NCBI GenBank assembly: GCA_965216785.1
Contig: OZ244197.1
Span: 2,528,001 to 2,592,000, forward strand
Direction: 5' to 3'
DNA length: 64,000 nucleotides
Origin: Thermodesulfobacteriota bacterium
GTDB taxonomy: Bacteria > Desulfobacterota_D > UBA1144 > Nemesobacterales > UBA2774
A program made the translations under genes and the position numbers. Positions within the stretch are counted from its first letter, which is position 1. Every line of letters starts with the position of its first letter. The notes under the pieces were generated by a model, which did not search any database, had not been told where the DNA came from, and saw nothing but the letters and a program-made list of their open reading frames with translations. This document shows positions 59,549-64,000 of the stretch, piece by piece.

Positions 59549-61021
59549 CTATTTGCCCAGTATATATTCTATGATTGTCCCCACCCCGAACCCAGTACCG
59601 CCGACTTTGCGCAAACTGCTCTTTTTTTCAGAGTAAGCGGGCCCGGCGATATCTATATGGACCCAAGGGACGTTTGATACAAACTGCTCTAATAACATTG
59701 CCGCAATTATCGCTCCGCCCATCCTGCTCCCCGCGTTTTTCATATCAGCTACACTGCTCTTTATCTCTTCACGGAGCTCATCATCCATTGGCAGCTGCCA
59801 CATCTTCTCCCCCGCCCTCTCTGCCGCACTTAGTATCTTTTGAGCAAGATTCTGATCATTACCCATCACCCCGGCAGTGTAACTGCCGAGACCTACCATG
59901 CAGGCCCCGGTAAGCGTTGCCAGGTCCACAATCTCGTCCACCCCAAGCTTCACTGCGTAAGAAAGAGCGTCTGAAAGCACGATCCTCCCCTCAGCGTCTG
60001 TATTTATTACCTCAATAGTCTTACCATTATAAGCCGTTATCACATCATCAGGCTTATACGCCTTAGAGCCGGTCATATTCTCACTTGCTGAGATAAGACC
60101 GTGCACTCTGACCGAGGGTAAAAGCTCTGGCAGAGCTTTCATTACAGCGAGCACAACTGCCGAGCCCGCCATATCCATTTTCATAGTCCTCATGCTGTCG
60201 GCAGGCTTTAGACAAAGCCCTCCTGAGTCAAAGGTTATACCTTTCCCGACTATCGCTATTGTTTTTTTTGGTTTTCGTTTCGGCTCATATGTGAGGTGTA
60301 TAAACCTCGGCGGCACATCGCTTCCGCGTGAGACCGCCTCGATCCCACCCATTCCTCTTTTTTCAATCTCAGCCCTGTCAAAGATCTCACATTCTAGACC
60401 ACCTTCATCCGCAATCTCTTGTGCAACTTCGGCAAGTTTTTCCGGAGTCACATACACAGGAGGCTCGTTAACCAGATCACGCGCTAATTTTGTTGAATCT
60501 GAAATAACCTTTGATAAATGAACCTCTTGTTTTAATGTATTTTGCTTTAATTTTCTTGAGACAAGCTGGATTTTCTTAAATTTCTTTTTCTGTTTAGAGT
60601 CAGTCTTATATTTATTAAATTCGTATCCCCCCTCCATAATACCTTGTATCAAGGCCGAGACACCGCCTGGTATTTGAGAGAACTCAGAGCTAAACGCAAG
60701 CTCTTCGGTATTCCCCCACAGCTGCCCCGCTGTAAGTATTCCAGCTTTTTTAATTGTGTTTCGCGTGAAATCAGACTTTGGACCTAGGCCAATGAGCAAA
60801 ACCTTTTCAGCTCCGATCTTGCCGAATGTCGCATTTATAGTTACCGAGTCACCCTCCGAACCGTCAAAGTCACTGTCCTCGGATACACTCCTTAGCGCTC
60901 CACCCAACTTACTGTTTACATCTTTTAGTGCTCCAGAATACTTTTCCTTTTTAAAAACCCCGATAACAAGCACATTTGTCTTCAGGCTTAATATATTTTT
61001 ATCAATTTTGATTATCTCCAA
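59549..61021 (-). CDS. pepA: Leucyl aminopeptidase (M17)
   Basis: VGKGITFDSGG, MKMDMAG, NTDAEGR, DLATLTGA, WVHIDIAG. TTG start at 61021 behind AAGGAGG. Confidence 0.94.
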   Translation of the reverse strand: MEIIKIDKNILSLKTNVLVIGVFKKEKYSGALKDVNSKLGGALRSVSEDSDFDGSEGDSVTINATFGKIGAEKVLLIGLGPKSDFTRNTIKKAGILTAGQLWGNTEELAFSSEFSQIPGGVSALIQGIMEGGYEFNKYKTDSKQKKKFKKIQLVSRKLKQNTLKQEVHLSKVISDSTKLARDLVNEPPVYVTPEKLAEVAQEIADEGGLECEIFDRAEIEKRGMGGIEAVSRGSDVPPRFIHLTYEPKRKPKKTIAIVGKGITFDSGGLCLKPADSMRTMKMDMAGSAVVLAVMKALPELLPSVRVHGLISASENMTGSKAYKPDDVITAYNGKTIEVINTDAEGRIVLSDALSYAVKLGVDEIVDLATLTGACMVGLGSYTAGVMGNDQNLAQKILSAAERAGEKMWQLPMDDELREEIKSSVADMKNAGSRMGGAIIAAMLLEQFVSNVPWVHIDIAGPAYSEKKSSLRKVGGTGFGVGTIIEYILGK

Positions 61022-61296
61022 TACACTTTCCTCCTTTAGTTTTATTGGGTAGAATAAATAGCATACCACATTTACATAAAACAAAATTATTTGAATTTGC
61101 GTAATATTAGTGGAAAAAAGAATGATAATCAGGTATACATATTACAACTCTAATAGATAATAAAGCCTCATGTAAGTTATTTATTATTCCTGACTATCAG
61201 ATAAAAATAGAATGTAGTCAACTTTGAACCACGTATATACGAAAAGTAATATGTAATTTACACATAGGCTAATACATTGACAAGGAGGGAATATTT

Positions 61297-61575
61297 ATGG
61301 GTTGCCCATATAAAGCCATAGCAGATGACACCAGAAGAAAGATTCTGGAGTTTTTAAGTCAAGGTGAAACTGCGGCAGGAGAAATCGCTGGCAAGTTTGA
61401 GATTTCAAAACCCGCAATTTCCAATCATCTCAAAATCCTTAAGGAAGCCGATATAGTAAATGAGCGTAAAGTAAGACAAAACAGGCTTTATTCACTAAAC
61501 GGTGAGAAGATCGAGAACATGAAGTACTATCTCGAATCCTTAACGGAAAGCAGAAATAGTTCTATGAGATCTTAA
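61297..61575 (+). CDS. ArsR/SmtB-family transcriptional regulator (SdpR-like)
   Basis: YKAIADDTRRKILE.L, AGEIA..F.ISKPAISNHLKILKEA; AGGAGG RBS. Confidence 0.9.
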   Translation: MGCPYKAIADDTRRKILEFLSQGETAAGEIAGKFEISKPAISNHLKILKEADIVNERKVRQNRLYSLNGEKIENMKYYLESLTESRNSSMRS

Positions 61576-61604
61576 TAACTTTTCTAACTTCGATTACATA
61601 AGGA

Positions 61605-61633
61605 TTGATATAGAAAAATAAGAACTGTAGAAT
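61605..61633 (+). promoter_or_regulatory. Sigma70-type promoter between ArsR and the PKS
   Basis: TTGATA, 17-nt spacer, TAGAAT. Confidence 0.45.
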
Positions 61634-61648
61634 CTATAAGTGTTCAAC

Positions 61649-61687
61649 AAGCCGCGCTGGTCTATAAAGACTAGTCGCGGCTTTTTT
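61649..61687 (+). terminator. Rho-independent terminator
   Basis: aagccgcg-ctggtct-ataa-agactag-t-cgcggc followed by a T run. Confidence 0.75.
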
Positions 61688-61793
61688 AATATAAAGAATC
61701 TATTCTCCAAACCATCGGCTATACTTTTTACGTATATAGATAAACGAAGCGTAGCTTGGCCTCAACGTTATCACAAATTTTCGGTGTCCTGAC

Positions 61794-62855
61794 ATGTCAA
61801 GAGTAATCTCTGTAGGTACTGCTGAAGTTCCCTATCTTTTCAGTCAAAAAGATATAAAAGAATACGTATATAAGCTCTTCTCCGGCAACGGCCATATGAT
61901 TGACAGAATCATCGGTGTATTCGATAACTCCGGCATAGAGTACCGCCATTTCGCCCACCTCCCCGAGTGGTTCGACAAACCAAAGGGATTTATAGAAAGA
62001 TCCGACTCTTTTCTAAGGAATTCCATTGCGCTCTCAAAATCAGCCATTTCCGATTGCCTGCAGGAATCCGGCGCCGATTATTCAGACTTTGACCATATCA
62101 TATTTATATCTAGCACAGGAGTTACCACCCCCACGGTCGACGCGCACCTCGTAAACGATCTAAAGCTCGACAGACACATGAAAAGGACCCCTCTGTGGGG
62201 TCTTGGCTGCGTAGGAGGAGCCACCGGGCTCAGCCGAGCTCTTGAATACACCGCCGCGCACCCACAAAGCGCCGTCATGGTCGTTTGTGTAGAGCTTTGC
62301 AGCTTGGCGTTTCAGAAAGAAGACCATTCGAAAAGCAACATTGTATCGCTTGCCCTTTTTTCAGACGGAGCCGCGGCCTGTCTCGTCGCGGGAAGCGCTC
62401 ACAAGCTGTATTCAAAATCACATTTTAATCTTCTGGGCTCTCATACAACTACCTACGACGACTCCCTTGACGTAATGGGCTGGGAAATTGTGGAAAACGG
62501 ATTTAAAGCCATTTTCAGTAAGGACATCCCAACTATTGTAAGAGACAAGGTAAGTCCGAACGTGCTTGAGATTCTCAAGGCTCACCGGCTTTCCCCAGAT
62601 GAGCTGAAACATTTTATACTGCACCCCGGAGGCCCAAAAGTATTAAAAGCGTATGAGGAGTCGCTTGGACGGAACGAAGGCTCATTTAAGTATTCCCGGA
62701 ACGTGCTAAGAGAGCACGGCAACATGTCATCCCCAACCGTCCTGTACGTGCTTAAGGAATTTCTAAAGAAAGGAGATTACAAAACGGGTGATTACGGCAT
62801 CGTCTCGGCCCTGGGGCCGGGATTCACTTCAGAGTTACTAATGATTCGCACTTAA
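61794..62855 (+). CDS. Type III polyketide synthase (BpsA/SrsA-like)
   Basis: Cys-His-Asn triad in GLGCVGG, HPGGPK and GNMSS; VELCS, LFSDGA, GPGF. Confidence 0.92.
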   Translation: MSRVISVGTAEVPYLFSQKDIKEYVYKLFSGNGHMIDRIIGVFDNSGIEYRHFAHLPEWFDKPKGFIERSDSFLRNSIALSKSAISDCLQESGADYSDFDHIIFISSTGVTTPTVDAHLVNDLKLDRHMKRTPLWGLGCVGGATGLSRALEYTAAHPQSAVMVVCVELCSLAFQKEDHSKSNIVSLALFSDGAAACLVAGSAHKLYSKSHFNLLGSHTTTYDDSLDVMGWEIVENGFKAIFSKDIPTIVRDKVSPNVLEILKAHRLSPDELKHFILHPGGPKVLKAYEESLGRNEGSFKYSRNVLREHGNMSSPTVLYVLKEFLKKGDYKTGDYGIVSALGPGFTSELLMIRT

Positions 62856-62891
62856 TGTGAAAATCCCTTAATTTCCTTTACTCTATACTCG

Positions 62892-63410
62892 ATGTTATTC
62901 TGGACTCTAATCGTCATTTTAGCCATCCAGCGCGTAAGCGAGCTACTGATTGCCCGCCGTAACGAGCGAACAGTACTTAGTGAAGGCGCCGTTGAATATG
63001 ACAGGAAAGGCTATAAGGTTATAGTGGCTATGCACGCCGCCTTTTTCCTCTCATTCATAGCTGAGTACTATCTTCTGGGGAAAAGCTTAAATATGCTCTG
63101 GCCGCTCTTACTCACCATCATTGTACTTGCAGAATCTCTCAGATACTGGGCGATCACAAGCCTGGGCAAATACTGGAATACGAAGATCTTGGTAATCCCG
63201 GGCTCACAGCTCATTTCAAAAGGGCCTTATAAATACATACGTCATCCAAATTACCTGGCGGTAGTGATTGAGATAGCGGTAATCCCCCTCATCTTTTCCT
63301 GCTACGTAACCTCGGCGCTTTTCACTCTACTGAATCTTATTGTTCTCAGGAGAAGAATAAAGATAGAGGAGAGCGCTTTAACCCTGGAATCTCAAAAAAG
63401 AAATCTATAA
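62892..63410 (+). CDS. Isoprenylcysteine-carboxyl-methyltransferase-family protein (BpsB/SrsB-like)
   Basis: QR..EL.IARRNE, LRYWAITSLGKYWNTKI, GPYKYIRHPNY, RIKIEESAL; directly follows the type III PKS. Confidence 0.9.
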   Translation: MLFWTLIVILAIQRVSELLIARRNERTVLSEGAVEYDRKGYKVIVAMHAAFFLSFIAEYYLLGKSLNMLWPLLLTIIVLAESLRYWAITSLGKYWNTKILVIPGSQLISKGPYKYIRHPNYLAVVIEIAVIPLIFSCYVTSALFTLLNLIVLRRRIKIEESALTLESQKRNL

Positions 63411-63981
63411 ACCCAAATCCCATCCATAGCAATTACACAAAATTAGGACAAGCACAACTGTATTTACTAGATAATCAAGTCTATATATATATTACCTCTT
63501 CAATATTTATAATATAGAATTTTAGCTATCTAGCTATAACGGATGTTACAGGTTTTATAATGATTATATGTGCTCTATATAACAATTATAAGCAATATAA
63601 TGTAGCTTTCTTTAAGTTTATATACCAATTTGAGAGAAAGCTTTAACTATGGGTTTTTATTGATTACAGTATGTTAAAGAAGCTATATATAGATTCTCTT
63701 TAATAACTTTTTATTCCGATTTTCCAACTTAAAGTAAACGAAAAATACTTCACGTTCGATATGAGCACTCTTTAATATCACGTTATATAGACAGGTTACG
63801 GCATATACATCATGTTATACTTCACATATTCCCCCTCCACATTTGCAAAAGTTAAAGTAAAGCTGAACTAACAATCAGAGGGGTTTAATAAACGGTTTCC
63901 TTCTTGCTATACGGACTCCCGGGTCTTGATTATTACTTCCAAAAAGTAGTATTATTCTTAATACCTTTATAGAGACTTCAT

Positions 63982-64000
63982 AGGAGGAAATAACCCATGG
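63982..64000 (+). promoter_or_regulatory. RBS and start codon of a gene running out of the window
   Basis: AGGAGG at 63982-63987 followed by ATG at 63997. Confidence 0.55.

Noticed and set aside
63411-63996. AT-rich region as oriC
   Set aside because: No TTATCCACA-type DnaA boxes were seen, and the dif/KOPS evidence places this window at the terminus.

Overview
This is a 64-kb bacterial chromosomal segment made up mostly of housekeeping genes. The ftsH-folP-cdaA-cdaR-glmM-pdxJ and xerD-S2P-scpA-scpB gene orders suggest a deltaproteobacteria-like or Dadabacteria-like diderm, but that placement is inference only. The window holds lipB, two lpdA genes with aceE-aceF, ileS, lutABC, purEK, PBP1A, cysK, a c-di-AMP cassette, fur, folC, metK-ahcY, der, phaR, ilvE, sppA, pepA and a type III PKS with its methyltransferase. 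I saw no rRNA, tRNA, CRISPR array or transposase. Reading the non-coding DNA gave several features missing from the ORF track. (i) A dif-like Xer site at 22768-22795, across which KOPS-like GGGNAGGG octamers switch strand, so the window probably spans the replication terminus; a histone-H1-like gene lies next to it. (ii) An unannotated 23-aa membrane micro-protein with its own promoter, RBS and hairpins. (iii) A comEA gene split by an in-frame amber codon. (iv) A Cys-rich lipoprotein paralog that appears to start at ATT. (v) Two 37-nt palindromic REP/RPE-like repeats. (vi) A promoter followed at once by a terminator upstream of the PKS. Two protein-level systems are also worth study: a degenerate anti-sigma-kinase/GNAT fusion appended to the PDH operon, and a DnaD-like plus DnaC-like pair coupled to rpe. 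All calls come from motif recognition by eye; no database searches were run.
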